Positions 25,510 through 34,307 of a stretch of 53,909 nt of DNA are shown here, one piece after another (within the stretch, counting starts at the first letter, position 1; every line of letters begins with the position of its first letter). The notes under the pieces are model-generated. The model was not told where the DNA came from. It saw only the letters and a list, made by a program, of their open reading frames with translations, and searched no databases. The DNA comes from Candidatus Limnocylindrales bacterium (GTDB taxonomy: Bacteria > Chloroflexota > Limnocylindria > Limnocylindrales > CSP1-4), in contig DASSRG010000143.1 in NCBI GenBank assembly GCA_035701885.1, positions 1 through 53,909 of the forward strand. Reading direction: 5' to 3'. The position numbers were made by a program, and so were the translations under genes.

Positions 25510-26157
25510 TCAGTCGTTGTGGTAGATCTCGTCCGCGACCAGCAGGTTGCCGTCCGCGTCGGTGATCGTCGTGATGATCCCCTCGAAGGCCGTCCCCCAC
25601 CGGGCGTTGACCTCGGTCTCCCCGATCTTCGCGAAGCACGTCTTCATGTCGGGGTAGAACTCGCCGTAGTAGACGACGTGGGCGCCGCGCCGGAACCCGC
25701 AGTAGTTGCGGAACCCCGTCTCCTCGAGCGCCGCGATCAGGTCCGGCCACGGGTTCGCGTGGAGCGCCTCGTAGTCGGCGGCCCGCTCCGGGTCGATGAC
25801 GAGGCTGAAGCAGCCACGCTCGAACGGCCCGTCGAGCGGCGGACCGTCGGACCGGAACACCTGGTCGTACGTCATCGCCTTGCCGTTCGCGTCGGCGGCC
25901 TCGGCGATGACGTCCCGGAAGTACCGGTTCCAGCGCTGGTTGGCCGGCTTGGGGCCGTGCGTCGCCCAGGCGGTCGCGGCGTCCGGCTCGCACTCCGCGT
26001 AGTACCAGACATCGGTCCCGCGACGGAAGCCGCTGAAGTTCCGGATCCCGGACGCCTGGATCTCGTCGACGAGCTCGGGCCAGATCTCGGCGTGCCGCTT
26101 GTCGTACTCCGCCTCGGTGCCCGGGAAGATCCGGAGATACATCAGCTGTCGTTCCAT
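25510..26157 (-). CDS. tandem (duplicated) rhamnose-mutarotase-like domain protein
   Basis: ATG 26157 inside ORF 25510..26643. Two RhaM-like repeats: MYLRIFPGTEAEYDKRHAEIWPELV... and CFSLVIDPERAADYEALHANPWPDLI... Each ends in a Y(Y)-rich strand (DVWYYAE / HVVYYGE). Confidence 0.7.
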   Translation of the reverse strand: MERQLMYLRIFPGTEAEYDKRHAEIWPELVDEIQASGIRNFSGFRRGTDVWYYAECEPDAATAWATHGPKPANQRWNRYFRDVIAEAADANGKAMTYDQVFRSDGPPLDGPFERGCFSLVIDPERAADYEALHANPWPDLIAALEETGFRNYCGFRRGAHVVYYGEFYPDMKTCFAKIGETEVNARWGTAFEGIITTITDADGNLLVADEIYHND

Positions 26158-26266
26158 CAGGCCCTCCAGGGACGGTCTCGCCAGGCGCTCGACGGGAGTC
26201 GTACGCGGATCGTAGCGTGCGGCTGCAATCGTTGCCAGCCCGCTGTGCGAGTGCCCGGCGCGCCGG

Positions 26267-27094
26267 TCACGCGAGCCCGACGATGGCGATGCCGACGATC
26301 GCGATGGCCGCCCCGGCAAGGAGTCCCGGGGTCGGACGTCTGCGGTGGACGGCGGCGTCGTATGCGAACACGAACAGCGGACCGGTGGCGACCATCGTCG
26401 CGACGACGGCGGGGTTGCCGTCCTGGACGGCGAGCAGCACCAGGACCAGGTGCAGCGTGATGGCGATCGCGCGCGGCGTGAACCGCGGGACCACACGCCA
26501 CGGCACGTCGTGCGGCGGGAACAGCACCAGGCAGCACGCGGCCGCCAGCCCCGTCCGCACGACGTACGCCTCGACGACGCCCGCGCCGTTGTCGGCGAGG
26601 AGCCGCGCGAACACGGTGATGACACCGGTCCCGGTCGCGGCAACCAGGATCGAGAGGGTCGTCCTCGACCGCCCGAGGTCCCCGAACGCGTCGCGCAGCG
26701 CGACCAGCACGCCGGCCACGACGACGATCGCCGCGATCGCCTGCGCCGGGCCGACCGAGCCCGGCAGCAGGATGCCGGTCAGCAGCACCGCCGGCAGCGG
26801 CGCGACGGACTGCGCGGTGACGGTGGGCGCCGCGCCACCGGCCTCGTACATGTCCCACACCGCGATCGACGACAGGACGAGCGCGACGGTCGTCCCCAGG
26901 TGGAGCGCGATCACCGTCGGCGTCCATGTCCAGGTCACGAACGGCGCCAACGGGAGCAGCAGCAGGCAGTTCAGGACGAACAGCGGCCCGATGAGCTGGC
27001 GCGCGGGGTAGCGCTCCGCGAGCCGCGTGGACAGGACGGCGACGGCGACGTTCGCGATCGCCGCGGCGAGCCCGAACGCGATCTCGGGACGCAT
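26267..27094 (-). CDS. DMT/EamA-like integral membrane protein (about 10 TM)
   Basis: 275 aa with ten hydrophobic segments. Paralogue of the adjacent upstream gene (shared PARQLIG, LLLPLAPFV.W.WTP, AISVWDM, FPP.D.P). Confidence 0.7.
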   Translation of the reverse strand: MRPEIAFGLAAAIANVAVAVLSTRLAERYPARQLIGPLFVLNCLLLLPLAPFVTWTWTPTVIALHLGTTVALVLSSIAVWDMYEAGGAAPTVTAQSVAPLPAVLLTGILLPGSVGPAQAIAAIVVVAGVLVALRDAFGDLGRSRTTLSILVAATGTGVITVFARLLADNGAGVVEAYVVRTGLAAACCLVLFPPHDVPWRVVPRFTPRAIAITLHLVLVLLAVQDGNPAVVATMVATGPLFVFAYDAAVHRRRPTPGLLAGAAIAIVGIAIVGLA

Positions 27095-27107
27095 CAGGGG
27101 CGCGTCC

Positions 27108-27935
27108 TCACAGTGCGAGGCTCACGGCGATTCCGACGAGCACGAGGCTCGCGGCGAGGAGGAGCCGCGGCTCGGGTCGCGTCCGGGCCCGCCATGACTC
27201 GACGGCCAGCACCAGCAACGGCGTCGCCGCGAGACAGGTCTGGACCACGACCGGGCTGCCCGTCTGCGCCGCGAGGATCACCAGCACGAAGTACGTGGTC
27301 ACGACGAGCGCCCGACCGAAGAGCCGCGGGGCGGCTGCGAGCGGGATGTCGCGCGGCGGGAAGAGCGGAATGAACAGCAGTGCGGCGAGCGCGGTGCGGA
27401 CGACGTACGTCTCGACCACGCCTACCCCCTGGTCGCCGAGAAGCCGCGTGACGACGGTCAGGCCTGCGGTCCCGCATGCCGCGCCGACGACGCGCAGCCA
27501 CGTCCCCCGGCGCCCGAGCCCCTCGAACGCGTCGGACAGCGCCAGCATCACCGCGCCCGCGACCACGAGCGCGGCCACCGCCTGGATCGGCCGGAACGTC
27601 CCCGGCACCAACATCGCCGTGAGGATGACCGCGGGGATCGGCGAGAGCGCGGTCGCGGTCGTCGTCGCCGACGCCGCCCCGGAATCGAGCATGTCCCACA
27701 CCGAGATCGCGGTCACCGCCATCAGCGCGACGGAGACCGCCTGGAGCGCGACGATCCCGGGCGTCCAGCGCCAGTCGACGAACGGCGCCAGCGGCAGGAG
27801 CACGAGCGCGTTGCACACGTAGAGCACGCCGATCAGCTGGCGCGCGGGGAGCCGGCCCGTGAGCTCCTTGCTGATCAGCGCCTGGGCCGCGTTCGCCACC
27901 GCCGCGAGGATCGCGAGCAGGGCCGCGAATCCCAC
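27108..27935 (-). CDS. DMT/EamA-like integral membrane protein (about 10 TM)
   Basis: GTG 27935 (VGFAALLAIL) inside ORF 27108..28034. This start gives 275 aa, identical in length to the paralogue 13 nt downstream. Confidence 0.7.
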   Translation of the reverse strand: MGFAALLAILAAVANAAQALISKELTGRLPARQLIGVLYVCNALVLLPLAPFVDWRWTPGIVALQAVSVALMAVTAISVWDMLDSGAASATTTATALSPIPAVILTAMLVPGTFRPIQAVAALVVAGAVMLALSDAFEGLGRRGTWLRVVGAACGTAGLTVVTRLLGDQGVGVVETYVVRTALAALLFIPLFPPRDIPLAAAPRLFGRALVVTTYFVLVILAAQTGSPVVVQTCLAATPLLVLAVESWRARTRPEPRLLLAASLVLVGIAVSLAL

Positions 27936-28058
27936 CTGGCGCCTCCTCCGTCCGCGACCCGTCTGGCGACGCGGCACCCCTGCGTGGTACGCTGCCGCAG
28001 CCGGCTGCAAACGGTACCGGTATCGTCGCCGCATCCTACACCGGGAGGAGCACGGGCA

Positions 28059-29174
28059 GTGGCGGACACCCAGATCGCATTCACGGAGCTGCTCGGCCGG
28101 CGGGTCCGGATGGGGCCATGGGAAGACCAGAAGATCTCCACGTTCCGCAAGATCCTGGAGGCGCTCGACGAGGGCCGGTGGGACAACGCCGCCGAGCTGG
28201 AGGCCTACTTCATCGACGAGGCCAACGTCTGCTTCACGCTGTACCGGCAGTGGATCGGCGACCTCAACGGCTACCTCCGCGACCGCGGCGTGGACGAGGC
28301 GAAGATCGTTGACCGCAACGAGCAGGCCGTCCGCGTCGCCGAGCTCCCCGACCGCTCACCCTGGCAGCCGCGCCGCCACTGGGACCGCTTCCTGTCGGAG
28401 ATGCAGGCGGTCACCGCCGCGACGTATCGCGAGCGGCCGGATGAGGCCAGGGCGCTCATGGAGACCGCCAAGGAGACGTGGCGCCAGTGCCACGACCGGG
28501 ACGTCGACCACACGTACGCGCTGATGAGCCTCGTCCTCGAGGAGCTGGGCGAGCCCGCCGTCCGCGACATGTACGACCGCGTGCTGCTGCCGCTGTTCGT
28601 CTGGCGCTACGAGAAGTTCGACATCGACAAGCACCCGTGGGACCAGGCGCTCGAGACGCTGATGCTCGTCGCGTGCGAGGCGATGCGCGGCCACCTCGTG
28701 GGACCCGAACGGACCGGCGACATGGAGCTCATCGAGCTCGAGGACCGGTTCGTCCTCCGCTTCGACCCCTGCGGATCCGGCCAGCGGACGATCCGGGGGG
28801 ACTGGATCGAGCGGACGCCGTCGCGGATGGAGGAGCCCTACAACTGGGCGGTGACCCAGGAGAAGCACTCCTGGAACCACTACACCCCGGGCGTCTGCCT
28901 GTACTGCGCCCACTGCATCATCCTCATGGAGGAGATGCCGATGGACCGGTTCGGGTACCCGGTCCGCGTGATCGATCCGCCCACGTACCCGGACACGAAC
29001 CCCGACCCGGACGTCCGCCAGAAATGCCAGTGGCAGATGTTCAAGGATCCGACCAAGGTGCCCGAGGAGTACTACACGCGCGTCGGGCGGACGAAGCCGT
29101 CAGCCTTCGGGTCGAAGGCGCTCGGTGCGCGCGAGCTCCCGGTGATGAACGCGGGGCTGCCGGGCGCGGGCTGA
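28059..29174 (+). CDS. conserved hypothetical Cys-rich protein (371 aa), paralogue of 3727..4848
   Basis: GTG 28059, 8 nt after GGGAGGAG, inside ORF 27984..29174. The N-terminus aligns with the paralogue (TQIAFTELLGRRVRMGPWEDQKIST vs THLEWSDAIGKRVRSGDWADQAIST). The same Cys blocks are present. Confidence 0.8.
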   Translation: MADTQIAFTELLGRRVRMGPWEDQKISTFRKILEALDEGRWDNAAELEAYFIDEANVCFTLYRQWIGDLNGYLRDRGVDEAKIVDRNEQAVRVAELPDRSPWQPRRHWDRFLSEMQAVTAATYRERPDEARALMETAKETWRQCHDRDVDHTYALMSLVLEELGEPAVRDMYDRVLLPLFVWRYEKFDIDKHPWDQALETLMLVACEAMRGHLVGPERTGDMELIELEDRFVLRFDPCGSGQRTIRGDWIERTPSRMEEPYNWAVTQEKHSWNHYTPGVCLYCAHCIILMEEMPMDRFGYPVRVIDPPTYPDTNPDPDVRQKCQWQMFKDPTKVPEEYYTRVGRTKPSAFGSKALGARELPVMNAGLPGAG

Positions 29175-29202
29175 GGCTCTCCTTCACCTACGACCGCCGT
29201 CC

Positions 29203-29241
29203 CCGGACGCGGCGCCGGACCTCCTCCCCGGCGCCGCGTCC
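29203..29241. terminator. strong GC-rich hairpin between convergent genes (bidirectional terminator candidate)
   Basis: 15-bp perfect stem (CGGACGCGGCGCCGG / CCGGCGCCGCGTCCG) with the 9-nt loop ACCTCCTCC. It lies between the stop of 28059..29174 (+) and the stop of 29273..30061 (-). There is no clear U-tract. Confidence 0.45.
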
Positions 29242-29272
29242 GCGTCTCCGGGACGCACGCGCGACGACGCCG

Positions 29273-30061
29273 TTACCCCGCCATTGATCCCCCGTCGACA
29301 TTGATCGACTCGCCCGTGATCCACCCCGACGCGTCGGAGAGGAGGAACACGACCGTCTCCACCACGTCCGCGACGGTGCCGACCCGCCCGAGCGGGAACG
29401 AGGCGGCTCCCCGCTCGAGCACCTCGGCTGCGTCCGTTCCGTAGCCGAGTTCGATCTTCTGCTCGACGACCACGCGGCCCATGCCCGTGTCGGCCACCGT
29501 GCCCGGGCAGACGGCGTTGACCCTCACCCCGTGTGGCCCGACCTCGGCGGCGACCGCCTGGGTCAGCCCCACCACGCCGAACTTCGAGGCGCAATAGGCG
29601 CCCAACAGCGCGAACCCGCGCTTCCCCGCATCCGAGGAGATGTTGACCACGCGTCCCGCGCCGGACGCCTTGAGATGCGGCATCGCCTCGCGGAGGACCA
29701 GGAACGTCCCTCGCAGGTTCACGTCGAGGATGCGGTCCCACTCCTCCGTCGCAATGTCCTCGAGCCGCCGGAACTGGAACACACCTGCCGAGTTCACGAG
29801 CATGTCCAGGCCACCGAGTCGCGTCGCCGCATCGGTGACACACGCGGTGACGGACGCCTCGTCGGTGACGTCGAGGGGCAGGCGCACGAACGGCTCGCCG
29901 GGGTCGGCGGGCAGCCGATCCAGCTGACCAGGAAGATCGCCGATGGCGACCCGCGCCCCGAGATCGAGGAGTCGTCGAGCGATCCCGATCCCGATCCCCG
30001 ACGCGCCGCCGGTGATGAGCGCGCGTCCGCCGCGGGGGAACGAAGGGTTGACGTCTGTCAC
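29273..30061 (-). CDS. SDR family oxidoreductase
   Basis: ITGGASGIGIG and YCASK. GTG start 30061, 34 nt downstream of the LacI gene, with a GAAAC-G-GTTTC inverted repeat in the gap. Confidence 0.9.
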   Translation of the reverse strand: MTDVNPSFPRGGRALITGGASGIGIGIARRLLDLGARVAIGDLPGQLDRLPADPGEPFVRLPLDVTDEASVTACVTDAATRLGGLDMLVNSAGVFQFRRLEDIATEEWDRILDVNLRGTFLVLREAMPHLKASGAGRVVNISSDAGKRGFALLGAYCASKFGVVGLTQAVAAEVGPHGVRVNAVCPGTVADTGMGRVVVEQKIELGYGTDAAEVLERGAASFPLGRVGTVADVVETVVFLLSDASGWITGESINVDGGSMAG

Positions 30062-30078
30062 GATCGCTTGCCTCGTGC

Positions 30079-30089
30079 GAAACGGTTTC
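30079..30089. promoter_or_regulatory. operator-like inverted repeat GAAAC-G-GTTTC
   Basis: Perfect 5+1+5 inverted repeat in the 34-nt gap between the LacI stop (30096) and the SDR start (30061). Confidence 0.35.
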
Positions 30090-30095
30090 TGCGGC

Positions 30096-31199
30096 TCATA
30101 CGGTGGGCGGCACGCCGACAGCCGCCCGATCGACCTCGCCGTGCCATGCCTGCACAGGTGCGCAGGACGCCCGGGACACGAAGGTCACCGGCCGGACCTC
30201 GAGCCTCGCAGGCGAATCGTCGCGCGGTCCGATCGAGCCGAGACGTCCGAGCGCGAGCCTCGCGGCGTCCACGCCGAGCCCTGATGCGTCCCGGTCGACC
30301 ACCGCAATCGCCGGCTTGTGCAGCTGTGTCAGCGGGTTGTCGTCCCACCCGACGACCGACACGTCCCGGCCGACCTGCAGCGCGCGCGCGTCGAGCGTGC
30401 GCAGGGTCGCGACGAGCAGCGGCAGCGACCCGGCCAGCACGGCGGTCGGGGGCACGGCGCCGTCGAACAGCCGGCCGAGCTCGCCCGCGGCGACGTCGAC
30501 GTCATGCTCGGTGGCGACCGGGATGGCGCGATCGTCGAGTCCGTAGGGTCGCAAGCCGTCCAGCAACCCCGCCAGGCGCTCCCGTCCGGATCGCCGCACG
30601 ACGGGACCGGTGAGCGCCGCGATCTGGCGATGACCCAGGGTGATCAGGGCCTCCACGGCCTGCCGGGTGCCCGTTCGGTGGTCGGCGACCACGGCGTCGA
30701 CCGGCAGGTGACCTCGCAGCTCGCTCTCGATGACGACGACGGGACCGTCGAACTCGGCGAGGGCGCTGAGCAGGGCGCGGTCGTCCTCACGCGACGGCGC
30801 GACGAGGATCGCGTCCACCCGGCGGCTGTGGAGGAATCGCACGTTCTCGGCGTCCGCGCCCGGGTCGTGGTTGGAGCTCATCACGAGCATCGCGTACCCG
30901 GACGGCCGGAGGACCGACTCCGCACCCGCCACGATCTCGGCCGCAAAGGGGTCCGACAGGTCGGCGGCGACGAACCCGATCAGGTTGGTCGCGCCACGGC
31001 GGAGGCTCTGGGCGAGGTAGTTGGGCTGGTAGCCGAGCTCGGCCGCCGCAGCGAGCACACGAACTCGCAGCGCAGGCGTCACTTCCCCTCGACCAGAGAG
31101 GACCTTTGACACGGTGGAGATCGCGACGCCGGCGCGCTGGGCGACGTCGCGAATGCCGACCCGCCTCGGCGGCGGCCCGCTGAGCGATTCGCCTCGCAT
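30096..31199 (-). CDS. LacI family transcriptional regulator
   Basis: ATG 31199 inside ORF 30096..31262. HTH VGIRDVAQRAGVAISTVSKVLSG. The core is similar to the LacI at 6316..7362. Confidence 0.85.
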   Translation of the reverse strand: MRGESLSGPPPRRVGIRDVAQRAGVAISTVSKVLSGRGEVTPALRVRVLAAAAELGYQPNYLAQSLRRGATNLIGFVAADLSDPFAAEIVAGAESVLRPSGYAMLVMSSNHDPGADAENVRFLHSRRVDAILVAPSREDDRALLSALAEFDGPVVVIESELRGHLPVDAVVADHRTGTRQAVEALITLGHRQIAALTGPVVRRSGRERLAGLLDGLRPYGLDDRAIPVATEHDVDVAAGELGRLFDGAVPPTAVLAGSLPLLVATLRTLDARALQVGRDVSVVGWDDNPLTQLHKPAIAVVDRDASGLGVDAARLALGRLGSIGPRDDSPARLEVRPVTFVSRASCAPVQAWHGEVDRAAVGVPPTV

Positions 31200-31241
31200 G
31201 CACCACCCCACTGCCGCCCGTTCACGCCACCGCCGATGGCA

Positions 31242-31271
31242 TTGACACCCGGGCGGGCGCAATCGTATCGT
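31242..31271 (+). promoter_or_regulatory. candidate promoter of the SBP/ATPase/permease/Gfo/enolase operon
   Basis: TTGACA (31242..31247), an 18-nt spacer, then TATCGT (31266..31271). It lies upstream of the operator-like repeat and of ATG 31344. Confidence 0.35.
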
Positions 31272-31283
31272 GCTGGCCGGAGG

Positions 31284-31302
31284 CGCGAAACGTTTTTTCG
31301 CG
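31284..31302. promoter_or_regulatory. operator-like inverted repeat CGCGAAA-CGTTT-TTTCGCG
   Basis: 7-nt arms CGCGAAA / TTTCGCG around a GAAACG core, just downstream of the putative -10. It sits between the divergent LacI (31199) and SBP (31344) genes. Confidence 0.45.
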
Positions 31303-31343
31303 TTGACGGCGCCGCGCCGGCCGCGGCACGGAGGAGGATCGAC

Positions 31344-32498
31344 ATGCGTCCTGTGATCCCTGCGCGGCTGGCGTGCCGGGTGAGCCTCGTCGCCGCGACG
31401 GCGACGCTGGTCGCGGCGTGCGGCGCCGCCACATCTCCGACAGCAGCCCCGTCAACCGAGGGTTCTGCGGCGTTCTCGCCCCGACCCGCGGCAGGGATCC
31501 CCGGGGCGCTCCTGCCGAACGAGCGAAAGCTGTGGACGTACGACGCCTCGGCCGGCACGTACAACGTGGTCGATGGCGACGCCTCGGCTCCGTACGTCCC
31601 GAACATCCGGAAGCCGACGAAGCCGCTGACCTTCGCCTTCGCCGAGGGGTGGGCGGCCATCCCGTTCTCGGTCGCCATCAACAAGGGGATCTACAAGATC
31701 GCGGGCGAGCAGGGCATCGAGATCATCTACTGCGACCAGGAGTTCAAGCCGGAGAAGGCGGTGACCTGCGCGGAACAGCTGAGCCAGCAGAAGCCGGACT
31801 TCGCCATCGTCTCCAACTGGCAGTCGGGCGCGGCCGAGGCGATCATGAAGATCTACGACGCAGCGAGGATCCCTGTCGTCAACATCGACGTGTGGCACCC
31901 GAACGGCATCTTCTTCGGTGCCGACAACTACGTCTCGGGCCAGATCGGTGGCCGTGCGGCTGCCGACTACGCCAAGGCCCAGGGCAAGTGCGCCGAGGTC
32001 ACGATCTTCCTCGGCATCAGCCCGGGCGAAGGCGACGCCGCGAACCAGCGGCTCGCGGGCTTCCAGGACGGCGTCCAGGAGGTTTGTGGGGCGATCCCCG
32101 CGGACCGGATCAAGTCGGAGATCATCGACGCGGGGACGACCGAGCAGGCCCTCACGAAGACCACCGACTGGCTCACGGCCAACCCGGGCGCATCGTTCGT
32201 GCTCAGCACGACGATCGACGACGCACGGTCCGCCGGCGTTGCCAAGGCGCTTGCCCAGAGCAACCGCGCCGGCGTCGCGGTGGGTCTCGGCTGCGATGAC
32301 ATCGGCGTCGCGTCGACCAAGGAGGGCGACCCCGCCCAGACCCATTTCCTGGGCTGCGTCGCCTACTTCCCCGAGAAGTATCCGGACTACGTGATGTCGA
32401 TCGGTCTCGACGTGCTCGACGGCAAGCCCGTGCCGAACGAGGTCCACATCGAGCACAAGTTCCTCGACAAGGCGTCGATCGGCGCGGTCTACCCCTGA
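31344..32498 (+). CDS. sugar ABC transporter substrate-binding lipoprotein
   Basis: ATG 31344 after GGAGGAGG. Signal peptide with lipobox TLVAAC. Type I binding-protein-like body. Confidence 0.85.
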   Translation: MRPVIPARLACRVSLVAATATLVAACGAATSPTAAPSTEGSAAFSPRPAAGIPGALLPNERKLWTYDASAGTYNVVDGDASAPYVPNIRKPTKPLTFAFAEGWAAIPFSVAINKGIYKIAGEQGIEIIYCDQEFKPEKAVTCAEQLSQQKPDFAIVSNWQSGAAEAIMKIYDAARIPVVNIDVWHPNGIFFGADNYVSGQIGGRAAADYAKAQGKCAEVTIFLGISPGEGDAANQRLAGFQDGVQEVCGAIPADRIKSEIIDAGTTEQALTKTTDWLTANPGASFVLSTTIDDARSAGVAKALAQSNRAGVAVGLGCDDIGVASTKEGDPAQTHFLGCVAYFPEKYPDYVMSIGLDVLDGKPVPNEVHIEHKFLDKASIGAVYP

Positions 32499-32505
32499 CC
32501 GCCCG

Positions 32506-33291
32506 GTGACCCCCGACCCCGCATCGACCCCGGCGCCGCTCCTCGAGCTCGCCGGGGTCTCCAAGGCGTTCGGACCTGTCGTCGCGCTCGACAGCGTGGA
32601 TCTCCGCATCGGGGTCGCCGAGGCGGTGGGCCTGATCGGCGACAACGGGGCAGGCAAGTCGACGCTGGTCAAGATCCTGTCCGGGCTGTTCCCGCCGTCG
32701 ACGGGGATCGTCCGGTTCGACGGCGCCGAAGTGGCGTTTGCGAGCCCGCTCGACGCCCGGGCTGCCGGGATCGAGATGATCTACCAGGACCTCGCGCTGT
32801 GCGGGGACCTCGACGTCGCCGCGAACGTGTTCCTCGGACGGGAGTGGAGGAAGGCATACGGCCCGATCCGGCTGCTCGACCGGTCGGGCATGCGCGATGC
32901 CGCACGCGAGGTGATGCGCGAGCTGGGCACCGACATCGGACCCGACCGACTGGTCGCCGGCCTGAGCGGCGGGGAGCGGCAGCTCGTGGCCGTCGCCCGC
33001 GCCCTGCAGTTCCAGCCGCGCCTCCTCCTCCTCGACGAGCCGACGGCCGCGCTTTCGAGCGAGAAGATCCGCGTGCTGATGGGGCTGATCGAGCAGCTCA
33101 AGGCTCGGGGCGTCTCGATCCTGCTGATCAGCCACCGGTTCACGGACATCCTCCACGTCTGCGACCGGGTGGTCGTCGTGCGGCAGGGCCGGATCGCCGG
33201 CGAGCTGGAGCCGCACGCCCAGTCCCCCGAGAGGACGATGGCCGCGATGCACGCGCTCATGACCGGCGACCGGCTGGGAGCGACGGCGTGA
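32506..33291 (+). CDS. ABC transporter ATP-binding protein (single NBD, 261 aa)
   Basis: Walker A GDNGAGKST, signature LSGGERQ and Walker B LLLLDEPTAAL. Only one NBD, unlike the other three ATPases in the window. Confidence 0.9.
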   Translation: MTPDPASTPAPLLELAGVSKAFGPVVALDSVDLRIGVAEAVGLIGDNGAGKSTLVKILSGLFPPSTGIVRFDGAEVAFASPLDARAAGIEMIYQDLALCGDLDVAANVFLGREWRKAYGPIRLLDRSGMRDAAREVMRELGTDIGPDRLVAGLSGGERQLVAVARALQFQPRLLLLDEPTAALSSEKIRVLMGLIEQLKARGVSILLISHRFTDILHVCDRVVVVRQGRIAGELEPHAQSPERTMAAMHALMTGDRLGATA

Positions 33292-34307
33292 CGGGAACCG
33301 CCAGCCCGGGCCAGGCGACCCTGCCCGAACGTCCCACGGCCGGTCGCCTCGCCTCCGCGTGGTCGTCGGCCCGGCAACGCCAGGACAGCGCGCTCGGCCT
33401 GCTCGCGATGCTCCTGCTCCTGTGCGTCGTGCTGAGCATCGCGTCGCCCTACTTCCTGACGACCACCAACCTTCTGAACATCGGACGGGGAATCGCGATC
33501 GTCGGCATCGTCGCCGTGGGCGAGACCATCGTCATCATCTCGGGCGGGTTCGATCTGTCGGTCGGCTCGGTGATGGCCGCGGCAGGCATGGCGGCCGGCT
33601 ACCTCCTGACGCAGGACGCGCCGATCTGGGTCGCCATCGCCGTGGCGCTCGGCGTGGGCCTCTGCGTCGGCCTCGCGAACGGCCTGATCATCAGCCGCGC
33701 GCGGATCAACCCGCTCATCGCCACGCTGGCAACCCTGGCGATCGTGCGCGGCCTCTCGTACGTGATCAGCGGCGGCAAGGAGATCGTCATCCGCAACGAG
33801 GCGTTCCTGGCGCTCGGGACGGGCGACCTGCTCGGCATTCCGTACATCGTCGTCGCCCTCGTGGGGACATTCCTCCTGTTCGGCTGGGCGATGCCTCGGA
33901 CCCTGTTCGGGCGCTACGCGTATGCGATCGGGTCCAGCGCCCGAGCATCGCAGCGCGCCGGCGTCCCGGTGGCGCGCTGGCGGGTCGCGTTCTATGTCAC
34001 CTGCGGCGTCCTCGCGGCGGTCGGCGGGCTCGTGTTCATCTCGCGCACCGGCAACGCGCAGCCGAGCGCCGCGTTGGGGATCGAGCTCGACGTCATCACC
34101 GCCGTCATCCTGGGCGGCACGAGCCTCAACGGCGGCCGGGGTCGCCTGTTCGGCACCTTTCTCGGCCTGCTGCTTCTGGGCGTCGTGAACAACGGCCTCG
34201 TGCTCGTCGGCGTGCCCGCCTTCTGGCAGCAGGTCGTCAAGGGCGCGATCCTCCTGCTCGCGGTCCTGTACGACGAGCTGCGGCGCCACCGGGCGGACGA
34301 GGCGTGA
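33288..34307 (+). CDS. ABC transporter permease (RbsC-like)
   Basis: GTG 33288 (GTGA overlap with the ATPase stop) inside ORF 32799..34307. Motifs ISGGFDLSVGSVMA and ILGGTSLNGGRGRLFG. Confidence 0.9.
   Translation: MTGTASPGQATLPERPTAGRLASAWSSARQRQDSALGLLAMLLLLCVVLSIASPYFLTTTNLLNIGRGIAIVGIVAVGETIVIISGGFDLSVGSVMAAAGMAAGYLLTQDAPIWVAIAVALGVGLCVGLANGLIISRARINPLIATLATLAIVRGLSYVISGGKEIVIRNEAFLALGTGDLLGIPYIVVALVGTFLLFGWAMPRTLFGRYAYAIGSSARASQRAGVPVARWRVAFYVTCGVLAAVGGLVFISRTGNAQPSAALGIELDVITAVILGGTSLNGGRGRLFGTFLGLLLLGVVNNGLVLVGVPAFWQQVVKGAILLLAVLYDELRRHRADEA

Noticed and set aside
24097-26460. 787-aa plus-strand ORF antisense to the isomerase-like and tandem-RhaM genes
   Set aside because: Low-complexity Arg/Asp/Pro/Glu composition. 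The minus-strand genes are supported by operon structure (ATGA coupling to the P450) and by protein-like composition.
27981-28030. GGTACC-containing elements (GTGGTACGCTGCC, CGGTACCG) that recur at 6253..6264 and 11905..11921, considered as a second regulator's binding motif
   Set aside because: The shared core is only 5-6 nt, and the spacing and orientation are inconsistent between sites. This is too weak to call without a genome-wide motif enrichment test.
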